The notes under the pieces: generated by a model
Seen by the model: only the letters and a program-made list of their open reading frames with translations
Database searches by the model: none
Told to the model about the DNA's origin: nothing
In this document: positions 16,976 to 26,900 of the stretch, in pieces
How positions within the stretch are numbered: position 1 is the first letter of the stretch
Layout: each line of letters starts with the position of its first letter
Assembly: GCA_035439365.1 (NCBI GenBank)
Contig: DAORKB010000002.1
Location: forward strand, 1 to 51,811
DNA: 51,811 bases
Reading direction: 5' to 3'
From: Bacteroidia bacterium
Lineage (GTDB): Bacteria > Bacteroidota > Bacteroidia > 2-12-FULL-35-15
Program-made: the position numbers and the translations under genes

Positions 16976-19900
16976 ATGTCGAAACGCTTATTGCTAGTTG
17001 TTACTGCACTGGTAGCTGTAGTACTTATTGGTCTTACACTTATTTTTAAATCTCATGATCATGCATCCTCACCGGAACAACCAAGCCCTGCCTTTGGAAT
17101 GTATGTGAATGCATTTACTTCAGGAATGATTTCCAGTGAATCAACCATCCGAATTATCCTTACCAATGAAATAGATAAGCCGGTAGAATTTGAGAAAGCA
17201 ATAAACAAAAAGCTATTTGATTTTTCCCCCTCAATCAAAGGAACCACCGTTTGGATTGATAAAAGAACAATAGAATTCAGACCCGAACAACCACTACCTT
17301 CTAACACGGAGTATCATGCTATTTTCTTTCTATCGGAATTAATGGATGTTCCAAAAGAGTTTAAAGAATTTCCGTTTTCGTTTAAAACTTTACAACAAGC
17401 TGTTGAAGTTTCCATTGATGGAATGACAACCACCGACAAAAAAACATTACGCACTCAGCGCCTGGATGGTTCACTCAATACAGCTGATGTAGCCAACCCG
17501 CAATTGATTGAAAAAGTAGTAACGGTTATTCAAAACGGTAAAAACCTTCCCATTAGCTGGATCCATGAAAGCAGAACCTCTGCTCATTTCACGGTAGACG
17601 GTATACAACGAACAGAGAAAGAAGACAGCATAACCGTATCCTGGGATGGAGCCGTACTTGGCGTACCAGGCAAACAAAGTAAAACAATTGTAATTCCAGC
17701 TCTTGGTGATTTTAAAGTGATGGATATTAAAATTATGCAAAGCCCTGAACAATATGCCGTGCTGCAGTTTTCGGATCCACTTCTTGAAAATCAGAATTTG
17801 CAGGGACTTGTTACACTTACCGGAAATACAACACTTAAATACATTATTGAAGACAATGAAATACGTGTTTACCCTCAAACATTCCTGGTGGGCGAACAAA
17901 CCATTACTGCTGAAACAGGAATTGTAAACGTTTTGGGTATGCCCCTGAAAGAGCGTTATGCCATGGAAGTTTTATTTGAAGAAATCAAACCTGCTCTTGA
18001 GTTAATCGGAAAAGGAGTGATCCTACCCAATTCCAATGGCTTGATATTTCCTTTTAGAGCGGTGAGTTTAAAAGCTGTTGATTTAAAGATTCTAAAAATC
18101 TACGAAAAAAATATTCCGCAATACCTTCAGGTAAATGCACTGGACGGCGAACGGGAATTAAGACGTGTTGGAAAACTGCTACTTAAAAAGACAATTCCAC
18201 TAACACAAAAAAATGCAACGGATCTGGGTAAATGGAACACCTACTCCTTTGACTTAGCTGAACTCATAAAAACAGAGCCCGGCGCCATTTATAGAGTTAT
18301 TCTGAATTTCAAAAAAGAATATTCTACTTATACTTGCGACAGCTCAACTGTCAGCATTGAAAACGAAGAGTTACAACAAGTGTCAGACAATACAGATGAG
18401 GAACACGATTGGGATTATTACGGCGATTATTATTATGATGAGGAAGGGTATTATGATTACGACTATGATGAACGCGGTGATCCTTGTAAACCCTCATACT
18501 ATCGCAATCGTGGAGTTAGCAGAAATGTGTTGGCATCCGATCTTGGATTGATCTCCAAACGCGGAAGTGATGGTTCCATGCATTTCATTGTCACCAATTT
18601 AATTACTACTCAGCCTGTTGCCAATGCAACAATTGAAATTTATGATTATCAATTGCAGGTTCTGAAGACATTAAAAACAAATGCAGATGGAATGTGTGAA
18701 GCAACCTTTGCAAAAAAGCCATTCTTAATGCTTGCGAAAAGTGGTACGCAACGCGGCTATTTAAAACTCGATGATGGCTCGTCCTTATCCGTAAGCGCAT
18801 TTGATGTTTCCGGTGAACAGGTACAAAAAGGAATAAAAGGATACATTTATGGAGAACGTGGTGTATGGCGTCCTGGAGATACATTGTTCCTGAATTTTAT
18901 CCTGGATGATAAAGAAAAATCATTGCCTGCAAACCATCCGATACAATTTGAATTACTCAATCCACAAGGACAACTATACAAACGAATTATCAAAAATTCT
19001 TCCATAGGGGGCTTTTATAATTTTACAACCTTAACAGATAAAAGCTCCCCTACCGGAAATTGGACCGCACGTGTAAGTGTAGGAGGTGCTGTTTTTACAA
19101 AAAATATAAAAATAGAAACCATTATGCCTAACCGGTTGAAAATAAAACTGGATTTTGGTTCGGAAGTTCTTACAGCTAAGAAACAACAAAGTGGAACATT
19201 AGAAGTAAAATGGTTACACGGTGCCATTGCCAAAAATTTGGATGCAAAAATTGAAGTCACCCTTGCTCCGATGCGCACTAAATTTAAAAACTATGAAAAT
19301 TACAATTTTGATGATGCGGCCCGGACGTTCAGTGCCGATGCACAATCGGTATTTGATGGACAAATAAATGCAGAAGGAAAAGCGCTTGTTAATCCAAACC
19401 TTACAGTTGATAAAGCCGCTGCCGGTATGCTCAATGCTGCTTTCAAGGTTCGTGTATTTGAAGAAGGTGGTGCGTTTAGCGTCGATCAGTTTTCGTTGCC
19501 TTACTCTCCTTATGAAACGTATGTAGGTATGCAAGCACCGGAAGGTGACCGATTCTCGGGAATGTTACCAACCGATACAGATCACCTTATTAAAATAGCA
19601 ACTGTAAACAGCTCAGGAGCTCCTGTTTCTAAGAACAAATTAATTGTTCAGGTATATAAAGTTGGCTGGCGCTGGTGGTGGGACAGCTATGATGGAGATC
19701 TGGCAAACTATGTTGGAAATGAATACAAACAAGCCATTCAACAACAGGAAATTTCCACTGTCAATGGAAAAGGACAATTCAAATTCAGAATCAACCGCCC
19801 GGAATGGGGTCGTTATTTTGTTTGTGTAACAGATCCTGAAAGTGGTCACAGAACCGGACAAACCATTTACATCGATTGGCCATCCTGGGCCGGTACTTCA

Positions 19901-22555
19901 CCAAAAGGTACGGAAGGCGCTACATTACTTGCTTTCAATAGTGATAAAAAGCAATACAAAGTAAATGAAACAGTGAAATTAACTATTCCATCCAGTGGGA
20001 TCGGTCGCGCGTTGATTAGCATTGAAAATGGATCCAAAGTCATTAAAGCATACTGGGCCGAAACAAAAAAAGGAGAAACATCTTTTAGTTTCCCAGTTAC
20101 TGCTGAAATGACTCCGAATGTATACATCAATGTGACACTCGTTCAACCACATGCACAAACGTTGAACGACCTACCCATCCGCTTATATGGTGTTATCCCG
20201 ATTTTAGTGGAAAATGAAAATACGCACATAACACCTATTATAACAACTCCGGAGAAATGGATGCCTGAAACAAAATCATCATTAACTGTTTCAGAAAAAG
20301 ATGGTAAAGAAATGAATTACACCATTGCCATTGTTGATGACGGATTGTTGGACCTTACCCGTTTCAAGACTCCTGACCCCTGGAACGCTTTATATGCAAG
20401 AGAAGCACTGGGTGTAAAAACATGGGATCTGTTTGATATGGTAATGGGTGCTTTTGGTGGAAAATTATCACGCATACTTGCCATTGGTGGAGACGGAGAC
20501 ATTAATAATAAAGCAGGGAATAAAGCAAATCGTTTTAAACCAATGGTAAAATTCATGGGCCCTTATCATTTGAAGAAAGGTGAAAAAGCAACACATGAAT
20601 TTATGATGCCACAATATGTTGGTAGCGTTAGAACAATGGTTATTGCAGGAAACGATGGTGCCTATGGTGCTGCCGAAAAAACAACACCGGTACGCAAACC
20701 ACTCATGATACTGGGAACACTTCCGCGTGTACTTGGACCAGGAGAAACCGTGGATCTACCCGTAACGGTTTTTGCAATGGAAAAATACGTGAAAAATGTT
20801 TCAGTAACGATCCAAACCAATAACCTATTCACGCCGTTGGATGGAACTTCTAAATCCATTCAATTTAAAGCTATTGGCGACGATGCTGTCAATTTCAAAC
20901 TAAAAGTAAATTCATTACTTGGTGTTGGACGTGTAAAAATTGTTGCCACCAGTGGATCTGAAAAAGCAACGTATGATATTGAATTGGATGTTCGTACACC
21001 AAATCCAAAAGTGGTGAATGTAACGGAAGCTGTGATTGAACCCGGAAAATCCTGGACCAGCAATTACAAACCCGCAGGAATGAGCGGAACCAATAAAGGC
21101 AAGCTGGAGTTATCCAGCATTCCTCCTATTAACCTAGGAACCCGCTTGCAATATTTAATGGAGTATCCGCATGGCTGTATTGAACAAACAACTTCATCCG
21201 TATTCCCGCAATTGTTCTTATCAGATATAATGGAATTGAATAGCGAACAAAAAATATCCATTGATAAAAACATCAAGGCAGGAATAGAACGCTTGAAATT
21301 ATTCCAGATAGCAAATGGTGGAATGAGTTATTGGCCGGGAAATACAGATGCAAGCAGCTGGGGAACAAATTATGCCGGACACTTTATACTCGAGGCTGAA
21401 ACCAAAGGATATGCGATCCCAGCGGGATTCCTGGAGAATTGGAAACGTTATCAAAAAAATGTAGCCAATGCATGGACACCAGCTTCATCCAGTTACTATT
21501 ATTCTCCGTACACCGATGGACTCGAACAGGCATATCGTTTATACACACTTGCATTAGCGAAATCGCCGGAACTGGGCGCCATGAACCGGTTAAAAGAATA
21601 TCCTAAATTGTCCACCGCAGCAAAATGGAGATTAGCTGCTGCATACGCAAAAGCAGGTCAACCGGAAGTTGCTAAACAACTTATCAATGTGTTACCGACA
21701 AGTGTTTCTCCTTACATTGAGTTGGATTATACCTTTGGATCAAACGATCGTGACGAAGCAATGATCCTGGAAACATTACTCATCTTAAATATGAAAACCA
21801 AAGCTGCTCCTGTGATGAAAAAATTATCCGGAACATTAAGCAAAAATCAATGGATGAGTACACAATCAACGGCGTATGCATTGATTGCAGCTTCTAAATT
21901 TGTAAAAGCAAATGCAACAAGTGCCGAGATGCACTACACAGCAAAAATCAATACAGCTGCTGCGGTTACAACAAACACAAAAGTATCTCTTAAGCAAATC
22001 GATCTTGGAATAAAAGGCGCTGAATCGGGAACACTTACTGTTACCAATACCGGTAGCGGTGTTATGTTCGCCCGTATCATTTTAGAGGGTATTCCGGAAA
22101 CCGGCGATCAAACAGCTGCTGATAATGATCTGAGTTTGAAAATAAAATACACCACCTTACAAGGCGAAGATCTGGATGTAACACAACTCGAACAAGGAAA
22201 TGATTTTATTGCAGAAGTAGAAATTATGAATCCGGGCACACGCGGAGAATATGCACAAATGGCACTTTCTCAAATTTTCCCAAGTGGTTGGGAAATTCAT
22301 AACAGCAGAATGGATGAAGCGGAAAGCACTATAAAAACAAGTATACCTACGTATCAGGATATTCGTGATGACAGAGTGTATACCTATTTTAATATTGGAT
22401 CATCCGAAAAGAAAGTGTTTCGTATTGTATTAAATGCTGCATACGTTGGTAAGTATTATCTGCCAACTGTGACGTGTGAAGCCATGTACGACAATACAAT
22501 TAATTCGCGTAAACCAGGCAAATGGGTAGAGGTAGTAAAAGTAGGGTCAAAATAA
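16976..22555 (+). CDS. Bacterial alpha-2-macroglobulin family protein (YfhM-like) with intact thioester
   Basis: 1859 aa. Thioester motif GCIEQ (CIEQ = 21176..21187, Cys residue 1401). Size, domain order and adjacency to pbpC are all as in YfhM. The N-terminal hydrophobic anchor has no lipobox Cys. Confidence 0.93.
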   Translation: MSKRLLLVVTALVAVVLIGLTLIFKSHDHASSPEQPSPAFGMYVNAFTSGMISSESTIRIILTNEIDKPVEFEKAINKKLFDFSPSIKGTTVWIDKRTIEFRPEQPLPSNTEYHAIFFLSELMDVPKEFKEFPFSFKTLQQAVEVSIDGMTTTDKKTLRTQRLDGSLNTADVANPQLIEKVVTVIQNGKNLPISWIHESRTSAHFTVDGIQRTEKEDSITVSWDGAVLGVPGKQSKTIVIPALGDFKVMDIKIMQSPEQYAVLQFSDPLLENQNLQGLVTLTGNTTLKYIIEDNEIRVYPQTFLVGEQTITAETGIVNVLGMPLKERYAMEVLFEEIKPALELIGKGVILPNSNGLIFPFRAVSLKAVDLKILKIYEKNIPQYLQVNALDGERELRRVGKLLLKKTIPLTQKNATDLGKWNTYSFDLAELIKTEPGAIYRVILNFKKEYSTYTCDSSTVSIENEELQQVSDNTDEEHDWDYYGDYYYDEEGYYDYDYDERGDPCKPSYYRNRGVSRNVLASDLGLISKRGSDGSMHFIVTNLITTQPVANATIEIYDYQLQVLKTLKTNADGMCEATFAKKPFLMLAKSGTQRGYLKLDDGSSLSVSAFDVSGEQVQKGIKGYIYGERGVWRPGDTLFLNFILDDKEKSLPANHPIQFELLNPQGQLYKRIIKNSSIGGFYNFTTLTDKSSPTGNWTARVSVGGAVFTKNIKIETIMPNRLKIKLDFGSEVLTAKKQQSGTLEVKWLHGAIAKNLDAKIEVTLAPMRTKFKNYENYNFDDAARTFSADAQSVFDGQINAEGKALVNPNLTVDKAAAGMLNAAFKVRVFEEGGAFSVDQFSLPYSPYETYVGMQAPEGDRFSGMLPTDTDHLIKIATVNSSGAPVSKNKLIVQVYKVGWRWWWDSYDGDLANYVGNEYKQAIQQQEISTVNGKGQFKFRINRPEWGRYFVCVTDPESGHRTGQTIYIDWPSWAGTSPKGTEGATLLAFNSDKKQYKVNETVKLTIPSSGIGRALISIENGSKVIKAYWAETKKGETSFSFPVTAEMTPNVYINVTLVQPHAQTLNDLPIRLYGVIPILVENENTHITPIITTPEKWMPETKSSLTVSEKDGKEMNYTIAIVDDGLLDLTRFKTPDPWNALYAREALGVKTWDLFDMVMGAFGGKLSRILAIGGDGDINNKAGNKANRFKPMVKFMGPYHLKKGEKATHEFMMPQYVGSVRTMVIAGNDGAYGAAEKTTPVRKPLMILGTLPRVLGPGETVDLPVTVFAMEKYVKNVSVTIQTNNLFTPLDGTSKSIQFKAIGDDAVNFKLKVNSLLGVGRVKIVATSGSEKATYDIELDVRTPNPKVVNVTEAVIEPGKSWTSNYKPAGMSGTNKGKLELSSIPPINLGTRLQYLMEYPHGCIEQTTSSVFPQLFLSDIMELNSEQKISIDKNIKAGIERLKLFQIANGGMSYWPGNTDASSWGTNYAGHFILEAETKGYAIPAGFLENWKRYQKNVANAWTPASSSYYYSPYTDGLEQAYRLYTLALAKSPELGAMNRLKEYPKLSTAAKWRLAAAYAKAGQPEVAKQLINVLPTSVSPYIELDYTFGSNDRDEAMILETLLILNMKTKAAPVMKKLSGTLSKNQWMSTQSTAYALIAASKFVKANATSAEMHYTAKINTAAAVTTNTKVSLKQIDLGIKGAESGTLTVTNTGSGVMFARIILEGIPETGDQTAADNDLSLKIKYTTLQGEDLDVTQLEQGNDFIAEVEIMNPGTRGEYAQMALSQIFPSGWEIHNSRMDEAESTIKTSIPTYQDIRDDRVYTYFNIGSSEKKVFRIVLNAAYVGKYYLPTVTCEAMYDNTINSRKPGKWVEVVKVGSK

Positions 22556-24921
22556 TTGACCCTATACTTTCTTTTCTGAAGACAAAAAAAGGAATTGCTT
22601 TAATTGTTGCAATTGTTCTTGGCAGCTGGTTTTGGCGTTGTTTACCTTCTCCATTATTTTCAGAACCCACTAGTACTGTTCTGGAGGATCACTCCGGAAC
22701 TTTACTTTCTGCACGTATTGCAGCAGATGGACAATGGCGGTTTCCCATTACCAAACATGTTCCTCAAAAATTTATTGAAAGCATCATCCAATTTGAAGAC
22801 AAGCAATTCTATAAACATCCTGGCGTAAACCCATTTTCAATCGGTCGTGCAACGGTTCAAAATCTCAAGGCCCAAAAAGTAAAAAGTGGAGGTAGTACAT
22901 TATCCATGCAGGTAATACGCTTAATGCGTAAAAAAAAGAAAAGAACTTTTCTCGAAAAAATGATTGAGATCATTCTTGCCTTACGTCTGGAGTTGTCTTA
23001 TTCAAAATCAGAAATTCTTGCCTTGTATGCTTCCTATGCTCCTTTTGGGGGAAATGTAATTGGAATCGATGCAGCATCCTGGAGGTATTATGGAAGAGAC
23101 CCTGAAAAATTATCCTGGGCAGAAGCTGCTACATTAGCTGTTTTGCCAAATGCGCCCAGTTTAATTTATCCGGGAAAAAATCAATTGCTGCTTCGCGCAA
23201 AACGGGATCGTTTGTTAAATCAATTGTGTGCGGCTCATCTAATTGACAAAACAACATGTGAACTAAGTAAAAAAGAAAATCTTCCGGATAAACCGCACAT
23301 CATTCCTCAACTAGCTCCTCATTTATTACAACGTGCTATTACAGAGGGCTGGGAAGGTAAGCGAATTCAGTCTACAATAGATGCCCCCCTTCAGGATCGC
23401 GTCAACGAGGTGATTGAAAATTATCACAAAATTTTCAAAGCCAATGAAATTCACAATGCCTGTGCATTGGTGATGGAAGTAAACAGTGGAAATGTATTGG
23501 CATATGTAGGCAACACCAATAACAATGGCAACGAAGACTATGATAGCGATGTGGATGTGATCAATGCACCACGAAGCACTGGAAGTATTTTAAAACCCTT
23601 TTTGTTTGCAAGCATGCTTAACGATGGAGAAATTCTTCCCAACACATTGATCCCGGATATCCCAACACAGATTGCAGGTTACGTTCCTCACAATTACAAT
23701 GTCACATTTGATGGCGCTGTTCCCGCCAAGAAAGCCTTAGCAAGAAGTTTGAATATCCCGTCCGTACGTATGCTTCAAAGTTATGGAACGGAAAAATTCA
23801 ATTACAATTTGAAAAAATTGGGAATGACAACCTTGCGTTTTGCACCCGATCATTATGGTCTATCGGTTATACTCGGTGGTGCAGAAGGAAAAATATGGGA
23901 TATGGCGGCTATGTATGCAAACATGGCGAGAACATTAAATCATTATACCTTATACAATGGCATGTATAATAAAAATGATTTTCACCCACCTTATTATACA
24001 AATCAAACCGAACAACCGGAACAACTTGAAAAATCAAATGTTTTAAGTGCCGCATCTATTTATTTGACATTTCAGGCAATGGTGGAAGTTTCCCGACCAG
24101 ATGAAGATGCCAGTTGGAAACAATTTACCTCTTCAACAAAAGTTGCATGGAAAACAGGAACCAGTTTTGGCTTTAGAGATGGATGGGCTATTGGAGTGAC
24201 GCCCAAACATGTTGTTGCAGTTTGGGTCGGAAATGCGGATGGCGAAGGGCGACCCGGACTAACGGGAATACAAACCGCTGCACCTGTACTATTCAGCATC
24301 TTTAGCTTATTAAAATCAAATAAATGGTTTTTACCTCCATTTGATGAAATGAAAAAAGAAGTCATTTGCAAACAAAGTGGTTGCAGAGCCAGCGACATTT
24401 GCGAACCATTGGATACAACCTGGATACAGGCATCCGGCTTACGTTCCGAAGCTTGCAAATACCATCGCATGATTCACCTGGATGCATCTGGAAAATTCCG
24501 TGTAAACAGTAATTGCGAAGATGTCGCAAACATGCAACACGTTTCCTGGTTTATACTTCCACCTGCAATTGAATGGTATTATAAATTTAAAAACCCGCAT
24601 TATAAAGATCTGCCTCCGCTTCGTAAAGATTGCGAAACAAATGGTATGCACGTCATGGAAATTATTTACCCCAAACAATTCAGCAAAATTTATGTTCCGG
24701 TTGAGTTAAATGGAATGATGGGAAAAACCATTTTTCAAGTGGCACACCGTGATTATAATGAACGTGTATATTGGCACTTGGATGGAAAATATATCGGCGT
24801 TACTCAAACCACTCATCAAATGGCGCTTGCACCGGATGAAGGGGTTCATCAGCTCACACTTGTTGATGAAGAGGGTGAAAGTATTGCTATACAGTTTGAG
24901 ATTATTAGTAAGAAAAAATAA
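22522..24921 (+). CDS. pbpC: Penicillin-binding protein 1C (bifunctional GT51 transglycosylase / transpeptidase)
   Basis: GT51 motifs EDKQFYKHPGVNP and GGSTLSMQ. Transpeptidase motifs STGSILKP (SxxK), SLN and KTGTS. PBP1C-type C-terminal domain. The ATG at 22522 overlaps the A2M gene by 34 nt. Confidence 0.92.
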   Translation: MGRGSKSRVKIIDPILSFLKTKKGIALIVAIVLGSWFWRCLPSPLFSEPTSTVLEDHSGTLLSARIAADGQWRFPITKHVPQKFIESIIQFEDKQFYKHPGVNPFSIGRATVQNLKAQKVKSGGSTLSMQVIRLMRKKKKRTFLEKMIEIILALRLELSYSKSEILALYASYAPFGGNVIGIDAASWRYYGRDPEKLSWAEAATLAVLPNAPSLIYPGKNQLLLRAKRDRLLNQLCAAHLIDKTTCELSKKENLPDKPHIIPQLAPHLLQRAITEGWEGKRIQSTIDAPLQDRVNEVIENYHKIFKANEIHNACALVMEVNSGNVLAYVGNTNNNGNEDYDSDVDVINAPRSTGSILKPFLFASMLNDGEILPNTLIPDIPTQIAGYVPHNYNVTFDGAVPAKKALARSLNIPSVRMLQSYGTEKFNYNLKKLGMTTLRFAPDHYGLSVILGGAEGKIWDMAAMYANMARTLNHYTLYNGMYNKNDFHPPYYTNQTEQPEQLEKSNVLSAASIYLTFQAMVEVSRPDEDASWKQFTSSTKVAWKTGTSFGFRDGWAIGVTPKHVVAVWVGNADGEGRPGLTGIQTAAPVLFSIFSLLKSNKWFLPPFDEMKKEVICKQSGCRASDICEPLDTTWIQASGLRSEACKYHRMIHLDASGKFRVNSNCEDVANMQHVSWFILPPAIEWYYKFKNPHYKDLPPLRKDCETNGMHVMEIIYPKQFSKIYVPVELNGMMGKTIFQVAHRDYNERVYWHLDGKYIGVTQTTHQMALAPDEGVHQLTLVDEEGESIAIQFEIISKKK

Positions 24922-24951
24922 CAGTATTTTTACATTATACACAAAACAGTC

Positions 24952-25233
24952 ATGCAATACGTATTAATCATTCACGAAGTAGAAAATTATCCTTCCTGGA
25001 AAAAAATTTTCGACACTGCAGCTAACATCAGAAAAGAAGCTGGTGAAATTTCGTATCAGGTTTTAAAATATGAAAATGATCCAAACAAAATTGTTCATTT
25101 TTCTTCTTGGATTTCAATTGATGCAGCAAAAAAATTCTTTGAATCAGAACGTTTAATTCAAATCAGAAAAGAGGCTGGTGTTAAATCTCCTGAATTCATA
25201 TATCTAAATCAACTTGAGACCGCAATATTATAA
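24952..25233 (+). CDS. Small alpha+beta protein (ABM/Dabb-like fold suspected); hypothetical
   Basis: 93-aa ORF with protein-like composition, 30 nt after pbpC on the same strand. Confidence 0.6.
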   Translation: MQYVLIIHEVENYPSWKKIFDTAANIRKEAGEISYQVLKYENDPNKIVHFSSWISIDAAKKFFESERLIQIRKEAGVKSPEFIYLNQLETAIL

Positions 25234-25334
25234 ATTCTGAAACGGAACAACATGACACTCCGCTTTTTAAAAAATTAAACCACAAGGAACAGGACATTAT
25301 TATTATTCATTCTCCAGCTGAATTTAAAAAAGAA

Positions 25335-25727
25335 ATGGAGGCTATAAAGAAAACAGGACATACTATTAAAAATTTTGCGCTTGCCGATGTGAAACCACTA
25401 AAGGAAATCGCCTTCATCGTTTCATTTGTACAAACAACAACTGAAGTAGAAAAAATTATCAATGCAATTGACAAAAAGTTGATAGATGATGCTGTGGTTT
25501 GGTTTGCTTATCCAAAAGGCTCTTCTAAAAAATACAAAGCAGAAATCAACCGTGACAATGGCTGGGAAGCGCTTGGCAAAAATGGATTTGATACCGTACG
25601 ATCTGTTGCTATTGATGCAGATTGGACAGGTTTGCGCTTCCGTAAAAATGAATTTATAAAAGTAATGAAACGAAACCCTGCATTGGCACTATCTGAAAAA
25701 GGAAAAACAAGAACAACAAAAAAATAA
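25335..25727 (+). CDS. DUF3052-like protein, possibly N-terminally truncated or frameshifted
   Basis: VWFAYPKGSSKKYKAEINRDNGWEAL...DADWTGLRFR resembles DUF3052. The frame stays open upstream to 25218 and encodes a family-like N-terminus (TPLFKKLNHKEQDIIIIHSPAEF) but has no in-frame start codon. Confidence 0.6.
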   Translation: MEAIKKTGHTIKNFALADVKPLKEIAFIVSFVQTTTEVEKIINAIDKKLIDDAVVWFAYPKGSSKKYKAEINRDNGWEALGKNGFDTVRSVAIDADWTGLRFRKNEFIKVMKRNPALALSEKGKTRTTKK

Positions 25728-25736
25728 CGTATTTGT

Positions 25737-26774
25737 ATGAAAAAAAATATTTTCTTTTGCCTGTGCTTGCTTCAATTCATAAGCTCATGTGTTTGGGGAC
25801 AAGTTACATCCCTTGGATTGCAAATTGATTCCTTACTCAAAACAAACACATCCCAACCTTTCAATGGGGTGATTCTCATTTCGCAAAATGGCAATACGAT
25901 TTATTCAAAAGCTGTAGGATACTCAGATCTATCCACGAAAACACCACTTCAGTTAAATGATCAGTTTGTGATTGGTTCAATCAGTAAACAGGTAACGGCA
26001 GTGCTCACTTTACAAGAGCTTGATAAGGGTCACCTTCAATTAAATGAATCCATCTTCACCTATTTACCTTATCTGAAAAAGTTTTGGCCACAGGATACAA
26101 TCACAATCCAACAATTATTATCACACACACATGGGATTGCAATCTACGGGAAACCTCTAAAATTTAAACCCGGAACGCAGTATGATTATTCTCAGGTTGG
26201 CTATGAAATGCTTGGGCGAATCATCACGAAAACATCCAACAAACCATATTATGCAGCTGTAGAAGAGTTATTCGGAAAATGTAAAATGACAAACAGCTGG
26301 CACCCTGATTTTAAAAAGCATAAACTCGTTAAGGCTTACACCAAGCAGGAAAATGATTCCCTTGTTATTGAAACACGCAGCCTTGAAAATTATCCTGAAG
26401 CAGGCTCTCTCATTTCAACAGCAGAGGACCTTGCTAAATGGAACACGTGTTTACATGAAGGTTCGTTGCTTAGAAAAAGTACTTACGAACAAATGATTAC
26501 CAAACAAAAAAATGCAATACGCAATCATCCTATTTTTGGCCAAACAACTTATGGTTTAGGACCTACCATTTCAACGGATGGTGGAATTGTACAACTGGGT
26601 CAGTCGGGTTTTGCACCAGGCTTTGCTTCTTTTAATTTTTATCTTCCAGAAAAAAAAGTGAGTGTAATTGTTTTGGAGAATGTGGTGTACAACCCCGACG
26701 ATTTAAAACAAACATTTTACGTTCATACTGCCATATTGGACCTTGTCAAAAAATCGTTTTATACGAAGCACTAA
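25737..26774 (+). CDS. Serine hydrolase of the beta-lactamase / DD-peptidase (class C-like) family
   Basis: Signal peptide. SxxK motif in VIGSISKQVTAV. Length and overall pattern match beta-lactamase-related proteins. Confidence 0.85.
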   Translation: MKKNIFFCLCLLQFISSCVWGQVTSLGLQIDSLLKTNTSQPFNGVILISQNGNTIYSKAVGYSDLSTKTPLQLNDQFVIGSISKQVTAVLTLQELDKGHLQLNESIFTYLPYLKKFWPQDTITIQQLLSHTHGIAIYGKPLKFKPGTQYDYSQVGYEMLGRIITKTSNKPYYAAVEELFGKCKMTNSWHPDFKKHKLVKAYTKQENDSLVIETRSLENYPEAGSLISTAEDLAKWNTCLHEGSLLRKSTYEQMITKQKNAIRNHPIFGQTTYGLGPTISTDGGIVQLGQSGFAPGFASFNFYLPEKKVSVIVLENVVYNPDDLKQTFYVHTAILDLVKKSFYTKH

Positions 26775-26900
26775 TGCCCATTCTTTAAACAATTTTCTGG
26801 TCTTACATTTGCGCATTCCCATTGAAAGTCAAAAGCTTGAGTGTTAACAAAATTTTGCTCTCGCTCCTAATCTCACTCTTACTTTGCCATTTCATCCATT

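Noticed and set aside
22921-22940. A8 homopolymer in pbpC (encoding RKKKKR) as a possible slippage or phase-variation site
   Set aside because: The reading frame is intact across the run, and the Lys-rich stretch fits the linker after the GT51 motif. Nothing in a single sequence indicates phase variation.
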